NCBI GenBank assembly: GCA_965218435.1
Contig: CBDCKW010000009.1
Span: forward strand, 2,720,001 to 2,784,000
Source: Truepera sp.
GTDB taxonomy: Bacteria > Deinococcota > Deinococci > Deinococcales > Trueperaceae
Length of the DNA: 64,000 bases
Direction: 5' to 3'
The position numbers and the translations under genes were made by a program. Positions 63,197-64,000 of the stretch are shown here, in pieces. The first letter of the stretch is position 1. Each line of letters begins with the position of its first letter. Under the pieces are notes generated by a model. The model was not told the DNA's origin. It did no database searches and saw only the letters and a list, made by a program, of their open reading frames with translations.

Positions 63197-63847
63197 CTAT
63201 TGCGCGAGGGTGCCGCTGGTGACGCCGTACTCGAGCGCCGGTTCGTCTTGCCCGACAAATACGTTGACTGTATCCTTAATATCTGCCCCCATCGTATCGC
63301 CGACTTGCGCGGTCACCGAGTTGCGCCCAGCGATGGCGTCGCTAAAGGTCAGGGTCACAGCTGTGCCACAGGGGTACGCTTCTAACAGGTCGCGGCTGAC
63401 GGCGACGTAGTTCCAAGCGGTGAGCGGGACGCCGCACGCGCCTTCGCTGCCGGTCGCGTAGGCAAAGCCGACACGCGCAACCGGGACGCCTTGGGTGGGA
63501 ACCTCGGCAGGACGTGTCGCGGCTTCATCTGTAGAAGCGTTCTGGGCAGGAGAGTCCTCGAGCGGTGCGTTCCCCTCGTCAGTATTGTCGGTAACCGGCG
63601 GTAAGACAGCAACCTCTGCAGGAGTATTAGGGGTATTTTGTGCGGGCACAGCTTCCGCTTTACCTGCCGCCCTATCACCGGCTTTTGCTGGCTGCTCGCC
63701 TAACGCGTCTGCTTGCTGAGCACGCACCGCCGGGTCGCTGATGTCGCCTGCTACCGTCGGCGCGGGGCTTAGTGCCAGCCCCAAGATAACGAGGAGCAGT
63801 ACCCCGATACCGGCTAAAAGCGCCAGGTCAAGCCGTCGCTGAGTCAT
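63197..63847 (-). CDS. Membrane-anchored protein with C-terminal 3D/RlpA-like domain
   Basis: N-terminal TM helix, Pro/Ala linker, [18 protein letters not shown]. Confidence 0.7.
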   Translation of the reverse strand: MTQRRLDLALLAGIGVLLLVILGLALSPAPTVAGDISDPAVRAQQADALGEQPAKAGDRAAGKAEAVPAQNTPNTPAEVAVLPPVTDNTDEGNAPLEDSPAQNASTDEAATRPAEVPTQGVPVARVGFAYATGSEGACGVPLTAWNYVAVSRDLLEAYPCGTAVTLTFSDAIAGRNSVTAQVGDTMGADIKDTVNVFVGQDEPALEYGVTSGTLAQ

Positions 63848-63911
63848 CCTTACAGTCTAGCCATTTGCCGTACCTATGTCGAGTTGGAGATGCTTTTACG
63901 GGCACAGACGC

Positions 63912-63940
63912 TTGTCAACACCCGGTATTCTTGTTAAACT
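63912..63940 (+). promoter_or_regulatory. tRNA promoter
   Basis: TTGTCA-N17-TAAACT. Confidence 0.75.
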
Positions 63941-63955
63941 GCACCTTCTGAGCAC

Positions 63956-64000
63956 GCCGAGATGGCGGAATCGGTAGACGCGCTAGCTTCAGGAGCTAGT
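63956..64000 (+). tRNA. tRNA-Leu(CAG), 5' part (truncated by the window end)
   Basis: GCCGAGA-TGGCGGAATCGGTAGACGC D-arm; anticodon stem CTAGC-TTCAGGA-GCTAG. Confidence 0.92.

Overview
Bacterial chromosomal window, most likely from a Deinococcota (Trueperaceae/Truepera-like) organism. The taxonomic inference rests on a Deinococcus-type GyrB N-terminus, an archaeal-type non-discriminating AspRS, a DdrA/Rad52 paralog, S12 starting MIALPT and many leaderless TAnnnT-N5-7-start genes. The core is the contiguous str-S10-spc-alpha ribosomal superoperon (18200-37444, minus strand). It is flanked by secA, tdk, aspS2, a sua5-purE-purK-amylosucrase operon, a complete Alternative Complex III (actABCDEFG) operon, a secreted pullulanase, gyrB, proA and a partial tRNA-Leu(CAG). 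Best hidden signals: (1) a complete ribosome-dependent attenuator upstream of the non-discriminating Asp/Asn-tRNA synthetase, with a leaderless 15-aa leader peptide MNPPRLDDDNWWYGA, alternative hairpins and an intrinsic terminator; (2) ActG fused through a long Ala/Pro/Gln linker to a cytochrome c552-like domain; (3) a DosR/NarL-like palindrome and a ~110-nt rod-shaped RNA in the act leader; (4) a diverged 45-bp duplicate of the aspS 3' end bracketing an HD-domain gene; (5) a pyrF fragment fused to a decayed IS110; (6) strong HIP-like over-representation of CTCGAG. All calls come from manual reading of the sequence; no searches or folding programs were run.
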